Position numbers and translations under genes: made by a program. A DNA stretch of 64,000 nt from positions 248,001 through 312,000 of the forward strand of contig CP128822.1 in NCBI GenBank assembly GCA_051546255.1, given 5' to 3'. Source of the DNA: Meyerozyma guilliermondii (taxonomy: Eukaryota). Below the pieces are notes generated by a model. It made no database searches, was not told the origin of the DNA, and saw only the letters and a list, made by a program, of their open reading frames with translations. Shown piece by piece: positions 20,285-29,468 of this stretch. How positions within the stretch are numbered: the stretch's first letter is position 1; the number at the start of each line of letters is the position of its first letter.

Positions 20285-21961
20285 TTAGTACTTTGCTTCT
20301 TTGTAACGTTCTAATGCTCGTTCGCGAGCAGTTTTATGGTCCACAATGGGAGGAGGATAACCATTTTTCTCCGCTATTTGTCTGTACCCATTTTCGTACG
20401 GGTTGTGAATACCCTTGACGTCTTGTATTTCACGAAGCTCCGGAAGCCATTTTCTAATATAATCTCCTTTTTTGTCGAATTTTTCAGCTTGGGTCCATGG
20501 ATTGAAAATACGAAAATATGGCTGAGGATCCACACCCACGCTTGAAGAAAAGCCCCAACCACCATTGTTTGAAGGGAAATCACCATCAGCCAAGTTTTCT
20601 AAAAAGTACCGTTCACCCTCTCGCCAATCGATCATCAAGTGTTTTGACAAAAAACTCGCAACCACCATTCGAACTCGATTGTGCAAGTAACCCATTTCCA
20701 GCAATTGGCGCATAGCAGCGTCCACAATGGGATAACCAGTTTTACCCTGACACCATCTCTCGAAATGGTCGGAATTGTATTCCCATTTGACCTCGTCCAT
20801 ATTTGAAATAAATGGCTTGAACATGCAAATATGAGGCCAATTACACAAGACATGACGATAAAAATCTCTCCAAGCAACTTGACGAGCCCATTCTCGAGCA
20901 CCATCGTTCCCAGAATCAATGGTACGAAGGAGCTTGTGGTCTAGTAACGAACGAATAACCGTCCGGGCATTAATGGTGCCCGAAGCAAAGTGTACGCTCA
21001 TGCGAGAAACTCCATTTACCGATGGATCATTGCGGTCAACATTGTAGCGCTTTATACGACCCGAGGTGATAAAGTCTTGAAGATCGTCCCACGCTGCGTT
21101 TTCGCCTGGCTTGTGGTATTTTTCAAAGGCTTCTTTTTGCTTTTCTGTCAATTGCTTTCCTGGAGGAGCCTGAGGAATTTTCAGGTCAAAGAGATGGCTA
21201 TTTCTTTGCCTGAATTCGTCTGAATTGGCCTCAGGTTTGGCACGAACTTGAAAAGGGTCCTTCATTTTGTTCAAGTGGGCACACCACGCACGGTACCATG
21301 GAGTAAAAACGGAAAATTGTGTGCCCTTTGACTTGGTGACGATGGTACCAGGCACCGCCAAGGTAGTATCATTATGAGGTTGGAAACTGATATCTGCCTT
21401 CAAAAGTTCTTTGCAAAGATTGGTATAGCGACGCAATTCGTCCACCTCGTACTCAATGTTGGCAAAAAGATGGGAAATCTTGAGTTGCTGAGCCTTCTCT
21501 TTAACAATAGGTACAACCTCCTTGCGTTCATCAACATTTAAAAACACCAACGGGATGTTTTTCTGAGCCAATTCTTCCCGGAGAAGCTCGAGCGATCGCA
21601 AACGGTACTCCAATTGAAATCCACTTACCCCATGGGCAAAAAGATCGTCCCGGCACAAAACATACAAGCACACCAACGGAAGGTTTTCTTTCGCAGCCAT
21701 TCGACTAGCAGCATTGAGACCAGTATTATCGCTCTGGCGAAAGTCGCGGAGGAATAGATGGCCTACACATCCCTGAGGACGTATAGAAGATCTAGCATCG
21801 GCGGTTTCATCCAAAGTCCGATTGAGAATATGATAAGGTTTGTTCTCCTCTTTAAGATACTTTTGTACTAACAGAAGATCAGGTTTTGGTCGTGGATAGT
21901 ATTCGCTATAAAAAGACGACAACCGCTCCAATTTGGGTCGTTTGGCTCGAGGACTCGACAT
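20285..21961 (-). CDS. PHR1: Class I CPD photolyase (deoxyribodipyrimidine photo-lyase)
   Basis: RDFRQSDNTGL, SRMSVHFASG, WRDFY, WCQGKTGYPIVDAAMRQL, GYLHNRVRMVVASFL, NNGGWG, QPYFRIFNP; ATG at 21961, with an in-frame upstream ATG at 22108. Symbol is the S. cerevisiae usage, not C. albicans PHR1. Confidence 0.93.
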   Translation of the reverse strand: MSSPRAKRPKLERLSSFYSEYYPRPKPDLLLVQKYLKEENKPYHILNRTLDETADARSSIRPQGCVGHLFLRDFRQSDNTGLNAASRMAAKENLPLVCLYVLCRDDLFAHGVSGFQLEYRLRSLELLREELAQKNIPLVFLNVDERKEVVPIVKEKAQQLKISHLFANIEYEVDELRRYTNLCKELLKADISFQPHNDTTLAVPGTIVTKSKGTQFSVFTPWYRAWCAHLNKMKDPFQVRAKPEANSDEFRQRNSHLFDLKIPQAPPGKQLTEKQKEAFEKYHKPGENAAWDDLQDFITSGRIKRYNVDRNDPSVNGVSRMSVHFASGTINARTVIRSLLDHKLLRTIDSGNDGAREWARQVAWRDFYRHVLCNWPHICMFKPFISNMDEVKWEYNSDHFERWCQGKTGYPIVDAAMRQLLEMGYLHNRVRMVVASFLSKHLMIDWREGERYFLENLADGDFPSNNGGWGFSSSVGVDPQPYFRIFNPWTQAEKFDKKGDYIRKWLPELREIQDVKGIHNPYENGYRQIAEKNGYPPPIVDHKTARERALERYKEAKY

Positions 21962-22098
21962 TTTACGTTTGTCTACAATTATTGTACCGTGCTGCTTCAA
22001 CGGTTGCTGGAGTGCATGTAACCCACCTGACTTTCGCAGCTGCTTGCAACTGCGAAATCGCTTAGAACGAAAAAAGAAATGTGCCAAACTCGTTAAGA

Positions 22099-22127
22099 TC
22101 ACGTGCATGCCAATCACGTGAAATTAC
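22099..22127. promoter_or_regulatory. Two Cbf1 E-boxes (TCACGTG); the second carries a Met4-recruitment RYAAT extension
   Basis: TCACGTG at 22099-22105 and TCACGTGA at 22114-22121; minus strand of 22115-22127 reads GTAAT-TT-CACGTG. Confidence 0.7.
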
Positions 22128-22252
22128 TCGCTGCAATCTACGGCGTTTTACAACTTCTCAATGCCCACACCCGTTTCAGCAAAGAAGATGCATGCCACCT
22201 CCACTATCATGCCTCTTGGCAGACCGCCCAGAAATTTCCGCCCGAGATCTCC

Positions 22253-22260
22253 ACTGTGGC
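22253..22260 (+). promoter_or_regulatory. Met31/Met32-like site ACTGTGGC
   Basis: Core of AAACTGTGGC, lying between the Cbf1 sites and the methionine permease ATG. Confidence 0.55.
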
Positions 22261-22469
22261 GCAAAGGGCATTTGCAGCAGCCGAACAAGGGTGCTGCAAC
22301 ATGCGGCGTTTTGCGAGATCCGAGGGTATTACCGAGGGTGAATTGGCACGGCGTCATCATACAAAATACCAAAAAGATCCGACCGTGGCTGCGACCGGTT
22401 CCGGAACAATTTGATTTTTTCTGCAAGCTATAAAAATTCCATTGCAGCCCACCTTGATTTGTAATTAAT

Positions 22470-24086
22470 ATGTTGGGACTGTCGAAATCCTCCGACAAGG
22501 AGGAGGATAAGTATATTGAAAACTGGTCGTTGAAGAGCGGGGACCCGGAAGCGGTGGTGCAACTTGATCAGAACAAAAAAGAAATTGGTTTTATATCTGC
22601 AACTTTTCTTTGTTTGAACCGTATGCTCGGAGCTGGAGTTTTCTCTACCGGATCTACTATCTTTATTCTTTCCGGAAGTGTGGGGACTTCGCTTATTATG
22701 TGGGCAGCCGGTTCCTTAATTGCTTTTTCTGGATTGTTGGTGTACATGGAGTTGGGACTGGCTATACCGAGAAACGGTGGAGAGAAAAATTATTTGGAGT
22801 ATATCTACAAGAAGCCTCGATTTTTCGTGACGGCGATGTATGCGTCATACGTGTTCTTTTTGGGATGGGCTGCGGGAAACTCGGTGGTGGTTGGTGAGTA
22901 TCTTCTCAATGCTGCTGGAAAAGAAGTTACCCAATGGAACTCTCGAGGAATTGGAATTGGAGTTATCACATTTGCTTTTTTGATCAACGGGTTGCACGTG
23001 AAGACTGGTTTGTTTGTAGCAAATGTGTTGGGAACGTTCAAAGTTGTGATTGTGGTGTTAATTTCCATCACTGGCTGGGTCGCCTTGGGAGGAGGAATCA
23101 AGAATAAAGATTTCCATAAAACTCACAATTTCTCAGATGCGTTTCTGGGAACCACACCCACCGGTTTTGGAATCGTCAATGCTTTGTACAATGTGATTTG
23201 GTCATATGTTGGATACTCGAATGTCAACTACGCATTGGGTGAAGTCAAGAACCCAGTAAGAATCTTGAAGATTGCTGCTCCTTCTGCCTTTCTTTCGTTG
23301 GTGGTTCTCTACATGTTTGTGAACATTGCCTACTTTGCCGTGGTTCCCAAGGAGGAAATCTCGCTGTCTGGTCGTATTCTTGCGGCTTCTTTCTTCAAGT
23401 ATGCCTTTGGTGATACCGCAGAAAAAGCTGCTTCGGTCTTTGTGGCTTTGTCTGCGTTGGGAAACGTCATGTCTGTGATCTTTTCCCAAGGAAGAATCGT
23501 CCAGGCTCTCGGTCGTGAAGGTAGTCTTCCATTTTCTCGTTTTTTTGCAACCTCCAAACCTTTCAGATCTCCATTTGTGGGTTTGTTTCAACATTGGATC
23601 GTCTGTATTGTCACAATCGTGGCTCCACCTCCAGGAGATGCCTACAACTTCATTCTCAACTTGATTTCATACCCATTGAATGTCGTCAATACCGCAGTTG
23701 CAGCCGGTTTGTTATACTTGAACTACCAAAAATGGAAAGGGAAAGCTGAATGGAATCCTCCAATCAAGGCAACTGTTCCAGTCGTTGCCTTCTTCTTCTT
23801 GTCGTCATTGTACCTTATCGTTGCTCCTTATATTCCACCTTCACATGGACAAAGTGTCTACAATAGTCTTCCATACTGGATTCATCCAGTGGTTACTTGG
23901 GGTGTTTTTGGGGTTGGTTTCGTCTACTGGATCTTCTGGGCTAAGGTATTGCCCCATCTCGGCGGATACACCTTGGTGAGCAAAGAAGTTTTGGGAGAAG
24001 ATGGATTTTGGCGCAACAAATTTTACAAGCTTTCCAATGATGAAGACATTTCTACAGAAGTCGATGGTGCCGACGTCGTAAGCTAG
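22470..24086 (+). CDS. MUP1: High-affinity methionine permease (APC/LAT family)
   Basis: NRMLGAGVF, LSGSVG, IPRNGGEKNYLE, NYALGEVKNP, PPPGDAYNFILNLISYP, LGEDGFWR; about 12 transmembrane segments. Confidence 0.85.
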   Translation: MLGLSKSSDKEEDKYIENWSLKSGDPEAVVQLDQNKKEIGFISATFLCLNRMLGAGVFSTGSTIFILSGSVGTSLIMWAAGSLIAFSGLLVYMELGLAIPRNGGEKNYLEYIYKKPRFFVTAMYASYVFFLGWAAGNSVVVGEYLLNAAGKEVTQWNSRGIGIGVITFAFLINGLHVKTGLFVANVLGTFKVVIVVLISITGWVALGGGIKNKDFHKTHNFSDAFLGTTPTGFGIVNALYNVIWSYVGYSNVNYALGEVKNPVRILKIAAPSAFLSLVVLYMFVNIAYFAVVPKEEISLSGRILAASFFKYAFGDTAEKAASVFVALSALGNVMSVIFSQGRIVQALGREGSLPFSRFFATSKPFRSPFVGLFQHWIVCIVTIVAPPPGDAYNFILNLISYPLNVVNTAVAAGLLYLNYQKWKGKAEWNPPIKATVPVVAFFFLSSLYLIVAPYIPPSHGQSVYNSLPYWIHPVVTWGVFGVGFVYWIFWAKVLPHLGGYTLVSKEVLGEDGFWRNKFYKLSNDEDISTEVDGADVVS

Positions 24087-24256
24087 GAAACAAGCACGCA
24101 GCTCAACCTGCTCATTTTAATTCAGTTCAACCTATTTATGCCTAATAGAGATATAATGTCACGAGAAGATATCATGTTCAGATGTAGGGTGTGTTTCAAC
24201 CTGCATACTACGCGCACTTTTCTCATTACAATTTTTCACTTCTTGCCGACTCAACA

Positions 24257-24679
24257 ATGCCAGTAAAAGGAATACCCAAGGTCTCCATAAGTCGAAACGG
24301 ACTCGGGGCCTTCGTGTTGCCATGTCACAGAGTCAAAATCCAATACTGTAACTGGGGAGGGTCGTCTACTGGCGTTAGGCACCTTCTTTCATCGGGTACT
24401 TTGAACAAAATTGCAACAGAAAAGCCGGGAATTTTCTTTGAGGTTGTTAAAAAAGCTGGTCCTCCAAAGCTCACCTTCCACTATAGTCCTGACAAAACCC
24501 GGGACGTTGATGTTCGCAATATGGATTTAAAGCTGTTGATCAAGACTGTAAATGAGTACTCACAAGCCAGCGGGAACCCATTATTCAAATGGAACCACAA
24601 GGTTATATCAGACAACGAGTCTGTGAGAGGAGTGTGGTCGCCACTCCATCTTCCAAAGGATGCCAGACACCGTATTTGA
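24257..24679 (+). CDS. MRPL51: Mitochondrial ribosomal protein mL43
   Basis: [14 protein letters not shown]...[10 protein letters not shown] and [15 protein letters not shown] at 24257. Confidence 0.92.
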   Translation: MPVKGIPKVSISRNGLGAFVLPCHRVKIQYCNWGGSSTGVRHLLSSGTLNKIATEKPGIFFEVVKKAGPPKLTFHYSPDKTRDVDVRNMDLKLLIKTVNEYSQASGNPLFKWNHKVISDNESVRGVWSPLHLPKDARHRI

Positions 24680-24827
24680 GTGACCTAGTGTCGGAATTGA
24701 GTAAACTCCAAAAGACTTCCATGCATAGATCCAGTGTATATCTTTCTGTAAATATGATGAATTACGCGATATGTCTGTGTAGAGCTTCCTGGAGTGAATA
24801 TTAGTTGCAAGTCAACAAGTAGTCAAC

Positions 24828-24890
24828 TAGGCTCAGTATCTTGGAACCAGTATTTTGGACCCAGTAACTAGGACCTAGTAACTTGGTACC
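24828..24890. repeat. Degenerate 14-bp tandem repeat, about 4.5 copies (consensus TWGGACCCAGTAAC)
   Basis: taggctcagtatc / ttggaaccagtatt / ttggacccagtaac / taggacctagtaac / ttggtacc. Confidence 0.7.
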
Positions 24891-25103
24891 TGCACAGGGC
24901 CAATTCTACCTGCACCCAGTGCGCTAGTCTGCTCAGACGGCACCGCAGTGGTATTTCTGCGAACAGCAGGTGCGACCGACACCACTTTCCGTAATGGGCA
25001 CCGCACCGCGCTTAGTTGCTGTTTCCGGCCATGAAAATCAGTCAGCGCCCTGTTCGTATAAAAGACATGAAAATCCATCACAAATGCGTCATATACACAA
25101 ACC

Positions 25104-25634
25104 ATGGTCGAAACGAACTACAAGTCGTACCAGCAGGTGATAAATCTATCAGCACCATCGAAACCGTCGTCGAGACGCACAAATAGGGTGGGAAAACCTC
25201 AGCTGCAACCAGTTAAGCGAAGAACAAAATCAGGCTGTCTTACATGTCGCCAACGTAAAAAAAAGTGTGATGAAGACAAGGTTGATGGCAAATGTCAAGC
25301 GTGTACTCGCAACTTCTTACAGTGTTGCTGGCCACAAGTGTCAGTAGCTGTGAAAGAAGTTTCTTCACCAATTCAAAATGCTACCAGTCACTATCCCACG
25401 CCTGCTGCTTCTCCTATAGTAGGAGCCACCGTATTAGATTCCGAAGTCAACTATGTTATGCTTCCCCCACGCGCGGAAAAGGCACAAAAAGCAGGGAAAA
25501 CAACATCAAACAATGGCGCGTTGTCTCCAACTTCATCGCCACGATTAACTCCAAAGGAGGAACAGGATAGGATAAAATGTCAGTTTTATGTCACCAGTGT
25601 CGACAACAATCGCGTGTGCGATATCAACGTTTGA
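25104..25634 (+). CDS. Small Zn(II)2Cys6 zinc-cluster protein (176 aa, DNA-binding domain only)
   Basis: RRTKSGCLTCRQRKKKCDEDKVDGKCQACTRNFLQCCWP six-Cys cluster; TATAAAAG at about 25057. Confidence 0.85.
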   Translation: MVETNYKSYQQVINLSAPSKPSSRRTNRVGKPQLQPVKRRTKSGCLTCRQRKKKCDEDKVDGKCQACTRNFLQCCWPQVSVAVKEVSSPIQNATSHYPTPAASPIVGATVLDSEVNYVMLPPRAEKAQKAGKTTSNNGALSPTSSPRLTPKEEQDRIKCQFYVTSVDNNRVCDINV

Positions 25635-26515
25635 GCGGCCGCTGGACGGTATAGATAAGGTTATAGAACGGGTAATGGTAATGAATTGTAACGTTATACA
25701 CAATTTTGTAAGCGTTTGCAGCCATCTCGCCAAACGACCAAAAAAGAAGGAGAAACCGAGTGCCGCATCAGGAAACTTCGTGTACCAACCACACAAGTTT
25801 GCTCAGGTGTTGCGGGTCGCTCGGGTGTAGTGGATCGCGTCGCGCCGCTCGCGTGCACAATTGGATCGTTCCACCAGATGTAGTCATCGGACGATATGCA
25901 GGACACTAAAGAGTCTCGGTTAAAAGATAAGTGAAGGGGCAAGGAACATGAAACCCGAGTAGGAATTCTATATCAAGGAGTTTGTGATTACACCGATAAG
26001 CGTCAAGAATGATAAGACAATGTAGAACGAGTATCGCTGATTAAAGTATAAGCTTTACATCTAAGTTACAAGTACTAATTTTCTTTGTATTCAATCCAAT
26101 AATAGGTTTCGGCTCCACTTCCAAACACTGGCTTTTTATTACTTTCTCGCCAGGTCGAATTATCTCGAATCATCTTTCTCCTATTTTTCCCGCACTTAGC
26201 ACTATCGTGCGTCAAATCCGGCGAGTTACATATGCACGGACGGCACACAAACCAAACGTCCACGTAAACCGAACCCAATTAGGCTTGAAATCACATGCGA
26301 TGATGCGAGGGCATACCTATCGGGGAATTTTTTCGCAGTCGTTCGAGTTCGACCGGAAATATAAAAGGAACGCCACACTTGTTTTTTTTTGCAAAGAACA
26401 TTCTCTGTTGTTTTTGTATAAACATCCTGACGTTTTTGTGACAGCATCGAATTCATTGCTTCACAAAGATAGCTTTTACGTCTCCAATTAAGTTTTAACT
26501 TACTTTTCATTTCGA

Positions 26516-26554
26516 AAACTGTGCCTCGTCCGACCATCGGAGCAGCCACAGTTT
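26516..26554. promoter_or_regulatory. Inverted pair of Met31/Met32 sites upstream of sulfonate dioxygenase copy 1
   Basis: AAACTGTG at 26516-26523 and GCCACAGTTT (reverse complement of AAACTGTGGC) at 26545-26554; TATATAAAG at 26580. Confidence 0.72.
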
Positions 26555-26633
26555 AGCATAGTCTCGTGCAATTTGAAGCTATATAAAGCGGCCCGAGTTC
26601 TCCACTAATTTGAAATCAACTGATACTAGCTTG

Positions 26634-27788
26634 ATGTCATCTGCAATCTACGGTAACTACGACACCCACTTTTCCAAAGACGTTGACGAGGTTGGCGACG
26701 ATGGAATTTTGAGAGTCAGTAAACATGCTCGCGACCAGGCCAAATTTCCCGAGTTTTTGCCAACGTGGGATACCTCGGAGAAGTATCCTCCATTAAAGTT
26801 CTTTGAATTCCATGATCCTGGTGCTCGTGCCGACCCTAGCTTCCCCAACTTGTTCCCCAAGGACGGTGAGTACAAGGCCAAGAAGATCACACCCAAGATG
26901 GGTACCGAGATCCGTGGGGTGCAATTGTCGCAATTGGACGACAAGGCCAAAGACGAATTGGCATTATATGTTGCCCAGCGAGGCGTTGTGGTTTTCAGAG
27001 ACCAAGATTTCGCTGCAAAAGGTCCTAAGTTTGTCACTGAGTACGGCAGACACTTTGGAAGATTACATATCCACCCTACCTCTGGAGCGCCAAGAGGGTT
27101 CCCTGAATTGCATATTACTTATAGAAGACCTGACGAAAAGGAATTCGACAGGATTTTCTCCGAAACCACCACTGCCGTGCAATGGCACTCGGACATTTCA
27201 TACGAGTTGCAGCCCAGTGGACTCACGTTCTTTGCAGTTTTGGAAGGACCGGAGTCTGGGGGAGACACCATTTTTGCTGATGTCAAAGAAGCATACAGAA
27301 GATTATCGCCAGAATTCAGGAAGAGATTGGAGGGCTTACATGTGTTGCACTCTTCCAACGAGCAGGCTCAGAATTCTCGTGGTCAAGGTGGTGTAGAAAG
27401 AAGAGCTCCAGTTTCTAATATCCACCCATTGATCAGACAACATCCTGCTACCAAGGAAAAGTACATCTACTTGAACCGTCCTTTCAGCAGGAGAATCGTT
27501 GAGTTAAAACAAGAAGAATCCGACTACTTGCTCAACTTTCTTTACGACCACATTGAAAAAGCCCATGACTTGCAATTGCGTGCTAGCTGGGAACCTAACA
27601 CTGTTGTGGTATGGGACAACAGAGTGGTCGAACATTCAGCCATTGTTGACTGGGACACTCCAGTTTCGAGACATGCATTCAGAATCACCCCACAGGCCGA
27701 AAGACCCGTGGAAGACTTGAAGGACTTGAACAAGCCCGAGTATGATGTAGGGGACGTTGCGGAGGCATTGAAGAGAGTGCTTTCGTAA
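26634..27788 (+). CDS. JLP1: Alpha-ketoglutarate-dependent sulfonate/taurine dioxygenase, copy 1 (TauD/Jlp1 family)
   Basis: TPKMGTEIRGVQLSQL, QRGVVVFRDQ, WHSDISYE (HxD), GGDT, WDNRVVEH, RITPQAERP; ATG at 26634. Confidence 0.9.
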   Translation: MSSAIYGNYDTHFSKDVDEVGDDGILRVSKHARDQAKFPEFLPTWDTSEKYPPLKFFEFHDPGARADPSFPNLFPKDGEYKAKKITPKMGTEIRGVQLSQLDDKAKDELALYVAQRGVVVFRDQDFAAKGPKFVTEYGRHFGRLHIHPTSGAPRGFPELHITYRRPDEKEFDRIFSETTTAVQWHSDISYELQPSGLTFFAVLEGPESGGDTIFADVKEAYRRLSPEFRKRLEGLHVLHSSNEQAQNSRGQGGVERRAPVSNIHPLIRQHPATKEKYIYLNRPFSRRIVELKQEESDYLLNFLYDHIEKAHDLQLRASWEPNTVVVWDNRVVEHSAIVDWDTPVSRHAFRITPQAERPVEDLKDLNKPEYDVGDVAEALKRVLS

Positions 27789-27947
27789 TCAAAAGACTTC
27801 TTTTCGAAAAAAAAGCAATAACCACAATAACCACAACTACATACAACATTCATATACCTTATACGATATCACGATGACGATATCATAATACATGTTTCCG
27901 GACCATATCACTGTAAGTTTTCTCGGCCGTTGCAGCATTTGCTGCGA

Positions 27948-28044
27948 AAACTGTGGCGGCACCTGACTTATCGTGAGAGTTTCCCGATTGGGATTTGGTT
28001 GCAGCAAGAATGGTTGCAATATACATGAAATTGCAAAACTGTGG
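27948..28044 (+). promoter_or_regulatory. Two direct Met31/Met32 sites upstream of sulfonate dioxygenase copy 2
   Basis: AAACTGTGGC at 27948-27957 and AAACTGTGG at 28036-28044. Confidence 0.75.
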
Positions 28045-28122
28045 TGGCATCACCGATTGCTAATCATTCTGCCGATTGTATTTAAGGGGGAAGATCTATT
28101 AATTTGCGGGATACATCTGAAA

Positions 28123-29271
28123 ATGGTTTCTTTTCAAAATAACGATATTCACTATTACCAAGACCAAGACGAGGTCGACCAAGATGGAGTTTTGGTGGTG
28201 AACAAGCAAAACAGAGAACAGTCTCACTATCCAGATTTCTTGCCTACTTGGGACCCAAAACAAAAATTTGCCCCCTTGAAGTTTTTCAAGCACCAGGAGC
28301 CAGGTGCTCGTGCTGATCCAAGCTTCCCCAATTTGTTCCCCAAGGATGTGAAATATGACCTTAAGAGAGTTACACCCAAGTTGGGTACGGAGGTTACTGG
28401 GATTCAATTGTCGCAATTAGACGACAAGGGAAAGGACGAATTGGCGTTGTATGTTGCTCAAAGAGGGGTGGTTATCTTTAGAGAGCAGGATTTTGCCAAA
28501 CATGGACCTCAATTTGCTGTGGAATATGGTCGTCATTTTGGCAGATTGCACATCCACCCAACCAGTGGAGCTCCCAAGGACCACCCAGAGATCCATGTTA
28601 CCTACAGAAGAGCCGACAAAAACGAATTCGACAGGCTTTTTGCTCAAAGAACAAACGCCGTAGGCTGGCACTCGGATGTTTCCTATGAGTTGCAACCACC
28701 AGGAACAACATTTTTTTCTGTATTGGAAGGTCCCGATGCTGGTGGAGACACCATCTTTGCCGATGTAAGAGAGGCTTACAGAAGATTGTCGCCTGAGTTT
28801 CAAAAAAGATTGGAAGGCTTGCACGTACTTCACACTTCTGCAGACCAAGCAAGAGATGCTGTTGGCTTGGGAGGTATCGAGAGAAGAAAACCAGTTTCCA
28901 GTATTCATCCTTTGATTAGAGTCCACCCTGGTACGGGAGAAAAGTTCATTTACTTGAACAGACCGTTCTCGAGAAAAATCGTGGAGTTGAAGGAACAGGA
29001 ATCTAATTACCTTCTTAACTTTCTTTATGATCATATTGAAAAAGCTCACGATTTGCAATTGAGAGCAAAGTGGGAACCCAACTCGGTGGTCGTTTGGGAT
29101 AACAGGTTGGTGGTTCATTCTGCAATTGTTGACTGGGACACTCCAGTTTCAAGACATGCATTCAGAATCACACCTCAGGCTGAACGTCCAGTGGCCGACT
29201 TACAGGATTTGAACAAGGAAGAGTACGATGTTGGCGACGTCGAAGAGGCGTTGAAAAAGATATTGCACTAA
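28123..29271 (+). CDS. JLP1: Alpha-ketoglutarate-dependent sulfonate/taurine dioxygenase, copy 2 (tandem paralog)
   Basis: Same motifs as copy 1 (WHSDVSYE, WDNRLVVH); ATG at 28123. Confidence 0.9.
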   Translation: MVSFQNNDIHYYQDQDEVDQDGVLVVNKQNREQSHYPDFLPTWDPKQKFAPLKFFKHQEPGARADPSFPNLFPKDVKYDLKRVTPKLGTEVTGIQLSQLDDKGKDELALYVAQRGVVIFREQDFAKHGPQFAVEYGRHFGRLHIHPTSGAPKDHPEIHVTYRRADKNEFDRLFAQRTNAVGWHSDVSYELQPPGTTFFSVLEGPDAGGDTIFADVREAYRRLSPEFQKRLEGLHVLHTSADQARDAVGLGGIERRKPVSSIHPLIRVHPGTGEKFIYLNRPFSRKIVELKEQESNYLLNFLYDHIEKAHDLQLRAKWEPNSVVVWDNRLVVHSAIVDWDTPVSRHAFRITPQAERPVADLQDLNKEEYDVGDVEEALKKILH

Positions 29272-29379
29272 AAAAAGGTATAAAAAGCAGCTGCAAAATT
29301 ATCAGCTGAAAAGTTTTCAACAAAATACCTCTAAAATGTTAAATAAGCAAATAAATTAGTAAATGATATGACAATTCAT

Positions 29380-29410
29380 TAGTTTCCTGGTAGTTTTCTG
29401 TAGTTTCCTG
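29380..29410. repeat. Short tandem repeat TAGTTTYCTG x3
   Basis: tagtttcctgg tagttttctg tagtttcctg in the convergent 3' region of JLP1 copy 2 and EDE1. Confidence 0.5.
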
Positions 29411-29468
29411 ATAATTATCATCTATCAGAACTCATCTACATTTCTCTTCTTCATATCTTACTACATAA

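Noticed and set aside
25984..26040. Possible box C/D snoRNA (GTGATTA...CTGA)
   Set aside because: Degenerate C box, no terminal stem or rRNA guide that I could identify; would need snoscan/Infernal
28417..29118. 233-aa ORF antisense to JLP1 copy 2
   Set aside because: Shadow ORF with no motifs and no full-length counterpart opposite the paralog
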